Shown: positions 1 through 13,899 of the stretch, one piece after another | Numbering within the stretch: position 1 is the first letter of the stretch | Layout: each line of letters opens with the position of its first letter | Source of the DNA: Heptranchias perlo | Lineage: Eukaryota | Assembly (NCBI RefSeq): GCF_035084215.1 | Contig: NC_090340.1 | Coordinates: 3,100,001-3,164,000 of the forward strand | DNA length: 64,000 nt | Direction: 5' to 3' | Position numbers and translations under genes: made by a program | The notes under the pieces: model-generated | Seen by the model: the letters and a program-made list of their open reading frames with translations, nothing else | Databases searched by the model: none | What the model was told of the DNA's origin: nothing

Positions 1-1589
1 CCCTAGACCTGATGGCTTACATCCGAGGGTCTTGAGGGAAGTGGCAGTAGGGATTGTGGATGCTTTGGTAATAATTTTCCAGAATTCTCTGGACTCGGCA
101 AAGGTCCCGGCAGATTGGAAAACTGCTAATGTAACACCCTTATTTAAAAAGGGTAGTATGCATAAGGCTGGAAATTATAGACCAGTTAGCCTAACATCTG
201 TGGTGGGTAAAATTTTGGAATCTATTATTAAGGAGACAGCAGCGGAACATTTGGATAAACATAATTTAATAGGACAAAGTCAGCATTGCTTTACGAAGGG
301 GAAGTCATGTCTGACAAATTTGCTTGAGTTCTTTGAGGACATAACGTACAGGGTGGATAAAGGGGAACCCGTGGACGTAGTGTATTTAGACTTCCAGAAG
401 GCATTCGACAAGGTGCCACATAAAAGATTATTGCTCAAGATAAAGAATCACTGGATTGGGGGTAATATACTGACATGGGTGGAGGATTGGTTATCGAACA
501 GGAAGCAGAGAGTTGGGATAAATGATTCATTCTCGGACTGGCAACCATTGGCCAGTGGTGTTCCGCAGGGTCCCCAACTCTTTACAATCTATATTAATGA
601 TTTGGAGGAGGGGACCGAGTGTAACGTATCAAAGTTTGCAGATGATATAAAGATGGGAGGGAAAGTGGAGAGTGAGGAGGACATAAAACATCGACAGGGG
701 GATAGAGACAGGCTGGATGAGTGGGCGGAGATTTGGCAGATGCAATACAATATTGGAAAATGTGAGGTTATGCACTTTGGCAGGAAAAAATCAGAGAGCA
801 AGTTATTATCTTAAAGGCGAGAAACTGGAAAGTACTGCAGTAAAAGGGATCTGGGGGTCCTAGCGCAAGAAGGTCAAAAAGTTAGTATGCAGGTGCAGCA
901 GGTGATCAAGAAGGCCAACGGAATGTTGGCTTTTATTGCTCGGGGGATAGAATGTAAAAACAGGGAGGTATTGCTGCAGTTATATGAGGTATTGGTGAGA
1001 CGGCACCTGGAATACTGCATACAGTTTTGGTGTCCATACTTAAGAAAATACATACTTGCTCTCTCGGCAGTACAAAGAAGGTTCACTTGGTTAATCCCGG
1101 GGATGAGGGGGCGGACATATGAGGAGAGGTTGAGTAGATTGGGACTCTACTCATTGGAGTTCAGAAGAATGAGAGGCGATCTTATTGAAACATATAAGAT
1201 TGTGAAGGGGCTTGATCGGGTGGATGCGGTAAAGATGTTCCCAAGGATGGGTGAAACTAGAACTAGGGGGCATAATCTTAGAATAAGGGGCTGCTCTTTC
1301 AAAATTGAGATGAGGAGAAACTTCTTCACTCAGAGAGTAGTAGGTCTGTGGAATTTGCTGCCCCAGGAAGCTGTGGAAGCTACATCATTAAATAAATTTA
1401 AAACAGAAAACGACAGTTTCCTAGAAGTAAAGGGAATTAGGGGTTACGGGGAGCGGGCAGGAAATTGGACATGAATTTAGATTTGAGATTAGGATCAGAT
1501 CAGCCATGATCTTATTGAATGGCGGAGCAGGCTCGAGGGGCCGATTGGCCTACTCCTGCTTCTATTTCTTATGTTCTTATGTTCTTATA
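1..1589 (+). mobile_element. CR1-clade LINE (family A), 3' part of ORF2 (RT) plus 3' UTR, frameshifted
   Basis: ORFs 32-814 and 887-1474 carry CR1 RT motifs (NYRPVSLTS, YLDFQKAFDKVPH, GVPQG, KFADD, LEFRRMRGDLIETYKI); ends in a TATGTTCT tandem tail. Confidence 0.95.
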
Positions 1590-2345
1590 TTCACTTCCAA
1601 GGCAAGTGTATCCTTCTTTAGATAAGGAGATCAAAACTGAACGCAGTGCTCCACGTGAAGTCTCACTAAAGCCATGTATAACTGTAATACGATTTCCTTA
1701 CTCTTGCACTGCATAACCCTTGCAATAAAGGCCAACATGTTATTTGCTTTCCTAACTGGCTGCTGTACCTGCATACTAAGTTTTTGTGTTTCTTGTACGA
1801 GGACATCGACGTCTCTCTGAATACTAATATTGAATAGTTTCTCATCATTTAAACAATTTTTGAATTCTTCCTACCAAAGTGAATAATTTCACATTTCACA
1901 TTATATTCCATCTGCTACCTTCTTGCCCACTCACTTAACATGTCTATATCCCTTTGCAGACTACCTGTGTCCTCCTGACAGCTTGCTTTGCCACTAAGCT
2001 TTATATCGTCAGTAAACTTGGATACATTACACTCGGTCCCTTCATCTATGTCATTAACATATATTGTAAATAGCTGAGGCCAAAGCACTGATCCTTGTGG
2101 CACCCCACTAGTCACTGACGCCAACCTGAGAATGACCCGTTTATCCCTATTCTCCGTTTTCTGTCATTTAGCCAATTCTCTATCCATGCTAAAATATTAC
2201 GCCCAACCCCATCAGCCTTTACCTTGTGTAACAGCCGTTTATGTGGCACATTATTGAATTCCTTTTGAAAATTCAAATATACTACATCCACTGGTTCCCC
2301 TTTATCTACTCTGCTGGTTACACCCTCAAAAGACTCTAATAAATG
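1590..2345 (-). mobile_element. CR1-clade LINE family A fragment (RT), decayed
   Basis: Minus ORFs 1915-2124 (GVPQGSVL..KFTDD) and 2112-2363 (VDKGEPVDVVYLNFQK). Confidence 0.9.
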
Positions 2346-4494
2346 AGACTGGTAAGGCTGCATCCTGGAATAGGCTGCAATACCTTATGCCTTCTAAGAA
2401 CTTGTGTAATGGTCACCATCGGATCTGTACATAGTCAAGGAACAAATGTGACACTCAGTATCAGCGCGCCAGCACACGGTAATTGTCCACAATGAGCTTC
2501 AAGGAGATTTAGGAGCGTTTTTTGCTTCCTCTGTTTCAACTAATATTAATTGTGAATAAAGTGACTGCCAATGTCAAGCCTGTACTGAAATGTATACAAA
2601 GAAATCAGTAATTTAACTGAATTAAAATTATCCAATTACACAATAAGTAATGCAAAGAATATTTATGCAAAATATTAAAAATACTGTTGCAGGGTGCAGT
2701 GATTTTAAAGTTTATTCAGAAAACGGGATAACTATGAATAGGTAGATCAAATTTCCCAATCGGAAAAGGAATAAAAGTCAAAAACTATTTGTTGTACTTC
2801 ACAAGACGTAGTGCACACCGGCTTACAGAAGGTCTCATGTGTCCTTGTTATCCAATTACAGCGACGATTGGCCTATGGTTTGGAAACATAATTCTCTATT
2901 TGCAAATAAGAAAGTAAAGGAGGTGTAGTTGTTGGTAACACTACAGAAAATCTAATATGAGGATGTATCATTGGCCAAGACACTTTTTCAAGTAGGCAAA
3001 TGGTACAATAATAGTTTTTTTAAGGGCGGGAGCCACATCAATTGTTGCCGAGCATAGTCAACACGCAGTGCAGTGTTTAGCTTCAAACTGCACCTGTGTG
3101 CAAGAATCATGGATAGAAAATAGTTCTGCCTAAATAATGTATTAAGGGGTACAGAAGAATTATGTGGACTTATTTGGGGAATACCTGTTCAAGAAGGTTA
3201 GTCATAAAAACGTGAAAGGACATGACGGAAACAAGAGTTCCCATAGCCCAGTGTTTTGCACCAAAATCGGAGGGGTAGCATGAATTTATATTTGATCACC
3301 ATTATCTCGGTGGTCAAACTGCATGTCAATACCACTGTGCAGCTTAGGCTCCCAATTCCTCCACTTTCAGACTAGCGAAACAGACACGAATTGGGCTAAA
3401 GACTTACTCCGCCATGACTTCGCCCGGATTACGATGCGGAGGATACGCTTCTGCCATAGTTGCATGCATCGTATGCAAGGCTACCAAGTGCAGGGCGGTT
3501 CGGCTCCACGCATGCACGGTACACGGAAGTGAGGGAACAAGTACCCCAAAGGGACCTTGCACCACGTTGTTTTCCAGCTATGCTGATTTTCGCACATTTT
3601 TCGTGAGAGGAGTGGGGCAAAAGAAGCAGGAATTAGGCAATGCACAATGCCCAGCTTACTTTGGAGTATGTGAACTGGGCCTCAGCGCCACTAAAAGTTG
3701 AGGCAAAAACGTAAGTTGTTTCCTTCTGCAGCGTCAGCCGGAAGACGCTCGTGGCTTGGGGGGTCTACTTGATACTGTGTTTTGAGCAGTAGCCAGCAGT
3801 CGGAGGCCATTAACGCTCCTGCAGCCATCTCAGGCGACAGCACCAGCAGCGGCTGGATTCCGCTCCATGCTTTTGGGTGCAGGCGCGTTGCCAAGGCGAG
3901 CGAGGTAATTACAATTCAATGGCTAGATGAATGACCTAACCCTTTCAATGGAGGCTGATTCAGTCCGTCAGGCGGACTAGATTAGCTTCCACTCCACGTT
4001 ATTTGCATTCTGATGATTCGGGGAGGGAAATGGTTAATTGTTGTTGATGGTTGTTGATGGTCTTACTTGGCAGGCAATTTTCATCAATGATAAAATTGAC
4101 CACGTATTTCACTCGGACGGATGCAATTTCAACGGCGCTTCCCCGATCTCCCCCGTTAAATTCGGTGGAAGATGGACGGAATTCTTGAAGTTTGGGCGGA
4201 TTCGACGTTTTGCCGTTTCTCCTGAGACTCCACCGATATTTCGGGGAAGTTAGGGCGGGGTGTAGGAGGAACGCCGCCTTGCTGTTTGGAGAACAGTTTG
4301 CTGTCGGATCGCCTAACTCAGAAAAAATGAAAGGAAAAGCTTAAGGATATTCACTTTGTGTAAAACAACTGAGGAGATCAGTTAGAATAAATGTTAGAAT
4401 ATTTTTTTCTTTCAATCAGAGATTATTGTTCAAATGTGTTTTCATGATTAAGATTTAATTTAATTATAAGTTTGAATCACAGAATGAAACAGAA

Positions 4495-5175
4495 TTTGGT
4501 TTATTTTAGGAGGAAGAATTAGGAGAGAAAATATAAACGGTATGGTACAATTTAAAGGGGAGTGCAGGAACAGAGGGACCTGGCGGTTCACATACACAAA
4601 TTCTCGAAGTCGATGAGGCTGTTAAAATAGCCCATGGGATCTTTGGCCTTAAAAATAGAGGCATAGCATAGGAACACAAGAAACTTATGGCAAAACTCTC
4701 TAAATCACTAGTTAGGTCTCAACTGGGGTATTGTGTCCAGTTCTGGAAACCACATTTTAGGAAGGATTTGAAGGCTGTGACGGTAGAGAGGAGATTTATT
4801 AAAATATTCAGTTATTAGACTTCAGTTATGTAGCGAGACCAGAGAGATTGGGATTGATCTCTTTATAGAAGAGAAGGGTAAATGAAGATTTAATAGAGGT
4901 GTTCAAAATTATGAGCGATTTTGATAGAGTAGGTAGGATGAAACTGTTTCCACTAGCAGGAGGGTGAGTAACCAGAGGACAAAGATGAAAGGTAATTGGC
5001 AAAAGATCCAAGGGGAGAATATTTTTACGCAGCGTGATGTTACAATCTGATATGTACTACCTGAAAGCGTGGGAGCAGATTTCTTAATCACTTTTAAAAG
5101 GGAATTTTATGTTTACTTTATATTCTTTTTGCTGAATGGCCTCTTTCTTTGCTCTATGGTCCTATGTTTCTATGT
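4495..5175 (+). mobile_element. Old CR1 LINE 3' fragment
   Basis: Degenerate similarity to the 3' end of family A (GTATTGTGTCCAGTTCTGG, GATTTAATAGAGGTGTTCAAAATTATG, GAATGGCCT..CTATG tail). Confidence 0.8.
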
Positions 5176-6798
5176 AACGCTTTGTGGCAATTAGAAAGCA
5201 ACTGACCGAGACAAGCAACTTTTCCAAGGCAGATTCGCATTGCCATTTTTGTTGTTGTGTTGCTCCTGTTGTTATTAAGTAAGGGAGACAATTAGCTAGG
5301 GAACCTTTTCCGAGTAATGTACAGCGAGCAAAAACCTGACGACCAGGGGGAAAGAAAGAAGGAGATAAACGCTTTTGAGAATGCTGAGAGAGGCATGCAT
5401 GTTTCTGCTGAGTAGAATAGAGGTGATAAAGACCTGATATGGGAAGGTGAAAATGTATGTGTGTATTAATAAATTTCGCCGATCCTCCATCATAGTGTGA
5501 GAGCGAAAGAGGGAGAGAGGGCGAGAGTAAGCAAAATGTAGGCAATCTGTGAAAATAAATTCAGTACGACCGGATTGAGGGAAGGAGAGGGCAACCGCCT
5601 AGTGCCAGTGACAGGGCGGTGAGTGCGCGTCATATGTGCATCAGCGGGAGCTGCACACGTTAAGCGGATCTGCTCTTTACTCCGAACCACCTTTGCTGGG
5701 CAATGGGCAATTAAATAAGCAAAGCCAGCTTCCATAGTACCCTTTCGAGGAAGTCCCACACTGCCGGAGATGAAAATGTGCTTGGGCTGCATTGGGTCAC
5801 TGGCTACAACGTCAAGAATGGCCTGTCCAATGTGAAGGGGGCAAGATTCCCTTTCAATACAGCTGCCCCTGGAATGTTCAAGGAGCTTTAACTAAGCCCA
5901 GAATCATAAAAATACTTGGGCAATTTGAGGGAGGTAAATCCAACCATTGCTTAAGTCTCAGGAGGGCGCATTGCATCAACTTAGATTGCCTTTCCAGGAA
6001 TTTACAACGTTGAGTTTTGATGTAATTCAGCTGTTAAAAGTTTTAAAGGAATTGAATATGATAGATTCAGAGAAACCGTGTCCCCTAGTGGATGAAAGTG
6101 TTAAGGGTTTCCAGCTTTTAAAGAGGAAGAGAGTTTCGCAGGTTGGGCGAAGACCCAAGTGGATATTATGGTTTATGATATCATAAACTATGCTATTCTC
6201 ACTACTTATGTTTTGATGCCTCAAGTCTACAAGAAAGTAATTAACTAAAAATACATTGTACAACTCACGGACAATCAGTACTAGTGTTATAACATTTCGA
6301 GTATACATCCTTCATCAGACATACTTAAAATTTTAATATCATACCATTACCTTTTATCACTTGTATCTGATCTGCTGTATAAATTATATTGTTTCCTGAT
6401 CGTAAGTGAGATTGGAAGCGTTTGAATTTTTTTAATCTTATATTGTACTACGGGAATTCTGCTTATTTGGAGAACATATCGTGTATTATGAAAGACCATG
6501 GCGAGCGATTGATGAAAAGGGATCTGCTTCTGGAAGCAGCTCCAGATGAGGAGGGTCTGGTCGCTTGATCAAAAGTGCAAGATGTTCAAACAGTTACCTA
6601 AACACTCTGATCAGTTTGTGGCCTCAGAATTGTCGTAGTGTTGTCTCGTGGGTAGAAATCGAGAAGCTGCAAACATTCAACCAATCATTCGCTGAACTGG
6701 ATCTTCATCTGTGAGCCCACTGCATTGCCGTGCGGCAGGGCACATAAGGGATGAAAGACTGCTAAAGAGATGGATATTTCCTTGAGTTTTCGCCCTTT

Positions 6799-7411
6799 AT
6801 GGAGTGATTTGCTGCAGAAGAACTGAGTGAGGTGCTATGGTAAGTGCTGAGGTGTACTTTAACGTGAAAAATCGTCCACATGTTTACCTACTCACTTATG
6901 CTGATAACACAATAGATGTTTCCAATAAATGACGGCGTGATAACCGTAATTGAATTAAGGTGTTACTGGGATTCTTTTGTATCTATTGCCTATCGTAATT
7001 TATATGTCCAAATATTCTCAGTTCACTGGATCTGTGGAGAGCAGTTGGTAACGGTTCCTTGACTGTGTTCATATTACTATTGTACTTTTTGAAATGTTAC
7101 GTGTAGTCCAGTATTATTTTATTCAATAATATTATCTAAAAAAAAGTATATTTGTACAGAATCTTTCATGACCTCAGGATGTCCCAAAGCGCTTCACAGC
7201 CAAGGAAGTAATTCTGAAGTATAGTCACTGTTGTAATGTATGAAACGAGAAGCAAATTTGCCGACAGCAAGGTCCCACAGACGGCAATGTGATAATAACT
7301 AGATAATCTGATTCTAATGAAGCTTGAAGGATAAATATTGGCAAGGATATTTTGGGAATATTCCCCTTCTTTTCTTGGAAATCGTGACATGCGATCTTTT
7401 ATGTGAACATT
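6799..7411. repeat. Left arm of 613-bp inverted duplication
   Basis: Reverse complement of 7666-8278; mirrored ORFs 7166-7459(-) and 7687-7911(+) are near-identical. Confidence 0.95.
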
Positions 7412-7498
7412 TGTTTTGTTTTCGATCACGCTTCCATTTCTTAAAATAAATCCCAACAATGGGTTAATGTTTACAAATGGAAAATATACTTAGATATG

Positions 7499-7935
7499 CC
7501 AGCCGAGGCTCAGTGGTAGCACTCTCGCCTCTGATTCAGAAGGTTGTGGATTCAAGTAAAACTCCAGAGACTTGAGCAGAAAAGCTCGGCTGGTACTCCG
7601 GTGCAGTACTAAGGGAATGCTGCACTGTCAACGTTGCCTTAAATGCGAGGCCCCCTCTGCAATCTAATGTTCACATAAAAGATCCCATGTCACGATTTCC
7701 AAGAAAAGAAGGGGAATATTCCCAAAATATCCTTGCCAATATTTATCCTTCAAGCATCATTAGAAACAGATTATCTAGTTATTATGACTTTCACGTCTGT
7801 GGGACCATGCTGTGGGCAAATTTGCTTCTCGTTTCATACATTACAACAGTGACTATACTTCAGAATTACTTCCTTGGCTGTGAAGCGCTTTGGGACATCC
7901 TGAGGTCGTGAAAGATTCTGTACAAATATACATGT
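7499..7935 (+). mobile_element. tRNA-derived Deu-domain SINE (SacSINE1/AmnSINE1-like)
   Basis: tRNA-like head (GGCTCAGTGGTAGCAC...GGATTCAAG); Deu-type body (TAAAAGATCCCATG, GCCAATATTTATCC, CAGATTATCT, CATTACAACAGTGACT); tail AAGCGCTTTGGGACATCCTGAGGTCGTGAAAG. Family name from recognition, not a search. Confidence 0.8.
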
Positions 7936-8278
7936 TTTTAGATAATATTATTGAATGAAATAATACTGGACTACACGTAACATTTCAAAAAGTACAAAAG
8001 TAATATGAACACAGTAAAGGAACAGTTACCAACTGCTCTCTACAGATCCAGTGAACTGAGAATACTTGGACATGTAAATTACGATAGACAATAGATACAA
8101 AAGAATCTCAGTGACACCTTAATTCAATTACGATTATCACGCCTTCATTTATTGGAAACATCTATTCTGTTATCAGCATAAGTGAGTAGGTAAACATGTG
8201 GACGATTTTTCACATTAAAGTACATCTCAGCACTTACCATAGCACCTCACTCAGTACTTCTGCACCAAATCACTCCAT
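7666..8278. repeat. Right arm of 613-bp inverted duplication
   Basis: AATGTTCACAT...CACTCCAT mirrors ATGGAGTG...ATGTGAACATT at 6799-7411. Confidence 0.95.
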
Positions 8279-9342
8279 CATGCTTCAGAGCATTAATAAC
8301 ATGACATCTTGAAAATCCATGGGGATTCATTGGTATGCTGTCGTCACCCCGCAGAACACTGGCGCAAATCCTGGAGAAATAGCGACAACTTCTTGAAATG
8401 GCCCTTTTTCTGTCATTTACACGGTCTTCCCTAGAAGTTAAAGGAAAGAATGGTGGTCGTCATACGTAATTTCGAATCTGGTTTCATGGCCGCCGTGCAT
8501 ATTTATATTTCTTGCAGGAACCCAAGCTACCTACATTTCTTTGAAGGTTTCGCGATTCTCCACCGTAACTTCAGTGGATAGGGCAATTTTCACTTTTGGT
8601 CAGCGTGTAATACAATTGCCCGTTGTAAACCTCGCTTGACTTTCCCTTCTATTAAAGACAATGGGAACGGAAATTCGGTGGGATGTCCAAATGGTTGTCA
8701 TTCGATATTCCCAGAATTACATTATCCCAAAAGTTAAAATTACAACCGATGATAGGAAGAAACTCTCGGGAAAAGGCAAAAGGCGGCCATTTTTGGTGTG
8801 TCCCTGGAGTGTTCGTCGATTTTACGCCAAAGTTAGAGCGGATATTATCCACCATTATATAATTTATAACACAGCCCTGTACATTAATATTCAACCAATT
8901 TAAATGTATCAATTATATAGAGACATTGAAGGGAACTCCATGGGTATAGATCTAGTGAGAGGGTTAATTTCCTCTAAATAGGAGGTAAGGTTAATTTCAA
9001 ACGGGATTCACTACGAATTGATATACGAGTTTATAAAAAAAATGAACTAGATATTTTAGGATCTATTACTTTTTTAGGCCCTCCTACTTTACACAACACG
9101 GGGTCAATTTCCAAGGGGTTTCTGCCAATCCCTGCCATTTACACCGTTTCTACGGGGTTTCACGAATGTCCCGCCGAAGTAACAGCAAATGAACAGGATA
9201 AAAAGGCGTTGGGAATGCAACCCCATTTGGCGTTCTGTGTTTAATTTAGCCTGCATCTATTCTACAGGATGCACACTCCTTTTTCGATCACCTGGAGGCA
9301 TCGGACCATTCATTTTCTACAAGTGCAGGCGAGTGAATTTCA

Positions 9343-9570
9343 ATAGAATCATAGCATCATAGAAAAGGTTACAGCACGGAGCGCCCCATTCGGCCCATCA
9401 AGCCTGCACCGGCTATATGCAACAGCAATCCAGCTAGTCCCATTTCCCAGCCCTATCCTCGCGTTCCTGCTTTTTTTTTCCTTTCAAGTACTTGTGCAGT
9501 TCCCTTTGGAAGACCATGATTGAATCTGCCTCCCACACCCGCTTGGGCAGTGCATTCCATATCCTAACCG
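9343..9570 (-). mobile_element. CR1 3' tail fragment
   Basis: ATAGAATCATAG..ACAGCACGG..CCATTCGGCCCATC is the reverse complement of a CR1 3' terminus. Confidence 0.8.
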
Positions 9571-9571
9571 C

Positions 9572-12570
9572 ACCAGACACGACAAAGTCAAACCAAGCCC
9601 AGTCGACCATGCAAATTCCTCCTCACTAACATTTGGGGACTTCTGCCAACATTGGGAGAGCTGTTCCACAGACAAATCAAGCATAGCCTGATATAGACAT
9701 ACTGACAGAATCATATCTGTCAGCCAACGTCACAGGCTCTTCGATTACCATCCCTGGGTATGTCCTGTCCCACCGGCAGGACAGACCCAACCTAGGTGGT
9801 ACAGTGAATTACAGTCAAGAGGGAGTGGCCCTGCGAGTACTCAACATTGACTCCGGACCGCAAGAAAGCTCATGGCATCAGCGCAAACATGGGCAAGGAA
9901 ATCTCCTGCTGATTACCACCTAGCGCCTTCCCTCAGCTGAGGAATCAGCACTCGTTCATGTTGAGCACCACTTGGAGAATGCACTGAGGGTAGCAAGAGC
10001 TCAGAATATACTCTGGGTGGGGAAGTTCACTGTCGATCACCAACAGTGGCTCGATAGCAACACTACTGACCGAGCTGGCCGAGTCCTGAAGGATATAGCA
10101 GCCAGACTGGGCCTGCGGCAGGTGGCGAAAGAACCAACACGAGGGAAAAACCTCCTTGACCTTGTCCTCACCAATATACCTGTCGCAGATGCTCCTGACC
10201 ATGACAGTATTGTTAGGAGTGCATACCACACATTCCTCATGGAGAGGAAGTCTCGTCTTCGCACTGAGGACACCATCCAACGTGTTATGTGGCGATATCA
10301 CCGTGCTAAATGGGATAGATTCAGAAAAGATCTAGCAGCTAAAAACTGGGCATCCACGAGGCACTGTGGGCCATCAGCAGCAGCAGAATTGTATTCCAGC
10401 ACAATTTGTAACTTCATGGCCCGGCATATTCCTCACTCTACCTTTACCAACAAGCCAGGGGTTCAACCCTGGTTCAGTAAGGAGTGTAGAAGAACATGCC
10501 TGAAGCAGCACCAGGCGTACATAAAAATGAGGTGCCAACCTGGTGGAGCTACAATTCAGGAATATATGCATGCTAAACAGCGGAAGCAAGATGCTATAGA
10601 CAGAGGTAAGCGACCCCACAAACAACATATCAGATCAAAGCTCTGCAGTCCTGCCACATTCAGTCGTGAATGGTAGTGCGCAACTTTAGAACTAATGGGA
10701 CGAGGAGGTCCTGTAAACAGTCCCATCCTCAATGATGGTAGAGTCCATCACGTGAGTGCAAAAGACAAGGTTGAAGCGTTTGGAACCAGCTTCAGGCAGA
10801 AGTGCCGTGTGGATGCTCCATCTGGGCCTCCTCCCAATATCCCCACCATCACAGAGGCCAGTCTTCAGCCAATTCGATTCAATCCATGATATCAAGAAAC
10901 GGCTGAGTGCACTGGATACAGCAAAGGCTATGCGCCCGACAACATCTCTGCTGTAGTGCGGAAGTCTTGTGCTCCACAAATAGACGCGCCTCTCGCCAAA
11001 CTGTTCCAGTACAACTACAACACTGTTATTGACCCGACAGTGCGGAAAATTGCCCAGGTGTGTCCTGTCCTCAAAAAGCAGGACTAATCAAATCCGGCCA
11101 ATCACCACCCCATCAGTCTACTCTCAATCATCAGCAAAGTGATGGAAAGTGTCGTCGACAGTGCTATGAAGCGAAAATACTCACCAATAACCTGCTCACC
11201 GATGCTCAGTTTGAGTTCTGCAAGAACCATTCGGCGCCAAACCTCATTGCAGCCTTGGTCCAAACATGGACGAAAGAGATGACTTGGAGAGGTCAGGTGA
11301 GAGCGACTGCCCTTGTGATCAAGGCAGCATTTGCTCGAATTTGTCACCAAGGAGCCCTAGTAAAATTGAAGTCAATGCGAATCCGGGGGAAAACTCTCCA
11401 GTGTCTGGAGTCTTACCTAGCAGAAAGGAAGATGGTCGTGGTTGTTGGAGGCCAATCATCTCAGCCCCAGGGCATTGCTGCAGGAGTTCCTCAGGGCAGT
11501 GTCCTGGGCCCAACCATCTTCAGCTGCTTCATCAATGACCTTCCCTCCATCATAAGGTTAAACATGGGGATGTTCGCTGATGATTGCGCAGTGTTCAGTT
11601 CCATTCGCAACGCCTTAGATAAGGAAGCAATCTGTGCCCGGATGCAGCAAGACCTGCACAACATCCTGGTTTGGGCTGATAATTTGCAAGGAACATTCAC
11701 GCCAGACAAGTGCCAGGCAATGACCATTTCCAACAAGAGAGAGTCTAACCACCTCCGCTTGACATTCAATGGAATTACCATCACCGAATCCCCCACAATC
11801 CACATTCTGGGGATCAACATTGTCCAAAAACTTAACTGGACCAGAAACATAAATATTATGGCTACATGAGCAGGTCGGAGGCTGGGTATTCTGCGGGGAG
11901 TGACTCACTTCCTGACTCCCCATAGCCTATCCATCATCTACAAGGCACAAATCAGGAGTGTGATGGAATACTCTCCACTTGCCTGGATGAGTGCAGCTCC
12001 AACAACACTCAAGAAGCTCGACACCATCCAGGACAAAGCAATCCGCTTGATTGGCACCCCATCCACCACCCGAAACATTCACTCCGTTCAACACCGGCCC
12101 ACCGTTACTGCAGTGTTTCCCTTATACAGGATGCACTGCAGCAACTCGCCAAGGATTCTTCGGCAGCACATCCCAAACCCACGACATCTACCACCTAGAA
12201 GGACAAAGGCAGCAGGCACATGGGAACACCTGCACGTTCCCTTCCAAGTCACACACCATCCCTACTTGGAAATATATCGCCGTTCCTTCATCGTCGCTGG
12301 GTGAAAATCCTGGAACTCCCTGCCTTCAAGCACTGTGGGAGATCCTGCACCACACAGACTGCAGTGGTTCAAGAAGGCGGCTCATCACCACCTTCTCAAG
12401 GGCAATTAGGGATGGGCAATAAATGCTGGCCTCGCTAGCGACGGTGCCAGGCAAAGAACATCTCCAACAAGAGAAGTCTATCCACCTCCCCTTGACATTC
12501 AACGGCATTACCATCACCGAATCCCTCACAATCAACATCGTGGGGATCCCATGAACGAATAAAAATAAAC
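9572..12570 (+). mobile_element. CR1/L2-group LINE (family B), near-complete ORF2 (APE endonuclease + RT), inactivated
   Basis: ORFs 9972-10676 (EPTRGKNLLDLVLTN), 11060-11869 (GVPQGSVLGP, MFADD), 11900-12304; tail GGATGGGCAATAAATG..CCCATGAACGAATAAAA. Confidence 0.95.
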
Positions 12571-13899
12571 ACTCGCCATTTTTAAAAAAAAATCCTCATA
12601 TCACCTATGTATGTCGTAGAACCTGCTAAACTAAAATTTAAAGTTTCTGGATTTGTTTTATAAATTTGATCTAAATAGAGGTGAACAATTTACCAAGGTT
12701 ATTCTGCGGTACCACACACGACGAGTTGGGAGATGTGAAAAAGAACATAATTCTTTGACAAACAGCATTTGCTTCTCTGGAGTTCACTGGGGTATAAATT
12801 CGTCCTGGATGTCATTACATATTCTCCAAACAATGCTCGGGCTGGCGCAAATTTCAAGCAGTCCCTTTACCGAGCTGTAGAAACCCCGCGGAAATTCACC
12901 TCCGTTTACTTCTGCAAATTAAAATGAATTGTATAATGCCTTTGATGCAGAAAAGTCCATATCAAAAGTACCACTCGCTAGCAGTGTCTGGACGTAGGAT
13001 ACTTTTTTTTAAGGATGTGGTAAAAGTGCATCGAGTATATGAGGTAACATTCTTGCAAACTACGACCCATTGGAACGCAAGTAGACAGGAATTTCTCGAA
13101 TAAAAAAGGCTATTGTCCATCGAGTTCACCGTCTACCATCGTTCTTTCTCTTCTTAACCGTCTACCATCCTGGTGGTATACATTATACAATCATTTATGG
13201 TTTTGTTGATGAATCATAACAATCAATCACTCAATAAGTCTACATCAGACCCAAACACGAGGCGAGGAAAATTCCAGTGGTGGACAGCTTTGGGAACCAT
13301 GGGCACAAATTCACCAGTTCCTCCCAAGCATGCGACACTTACCACATATCATGTCTCCAATTACTCATGCAAGAATTCCCCAATTTTTTTTTCTCAATGA
13401 AATCTATCAAATCTGAATTTGAATTAGTCTACAATTTATGCTTCCACAGGGAGCCTGTTCGACTTATTTACTACTCTCTCACTTAAATAAGGTTTCCCCA
13501 GTTTAAATTTGAATTGAACCCCTTCAAGCACAGACCGTTCAGTTCTGATTGTTATTGTCGAGCATATCCTGTATTAGCCAATTGGACAACCCTCTTTAAA
13601 CTCACAAAGTTGCTGAATCTGAAACCCCTTAGGGAAAATAGAGATGGGCGATAAATGTTGTCATGCCAGTGTTCGCCACGTCCCAAGATCAAATGAAAAC
13701 AATGAAATTAACTATAGTTTACAGTAATAATAGCACGACATAAGGACCAACAATGTTCTGTCCTTGCAGAATGCGAGGAATTTGGGTAAGGATTGTTTTT
13801 GAAACGAGCAGATATGCTAGAAGCATTTCCATCTACGATTAACTGACATGATCTCAGAAGTTAAGACAAAGTTGAAGACAATCTGACACATCAGAGAGG

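Noticed and set aside
2343-2495. 50-aa ORF with signal-like and GTNVTLS stretches
   Set aside because: Abuts a CR1 fragment, is too short and has no Ig core motifs or partner exon.
7499-7570. tRNA gene
   Set aside because: Degenerate A/B boxes continue directly into SINE body; it is a SINE head, not a cloverleaf tRNA.
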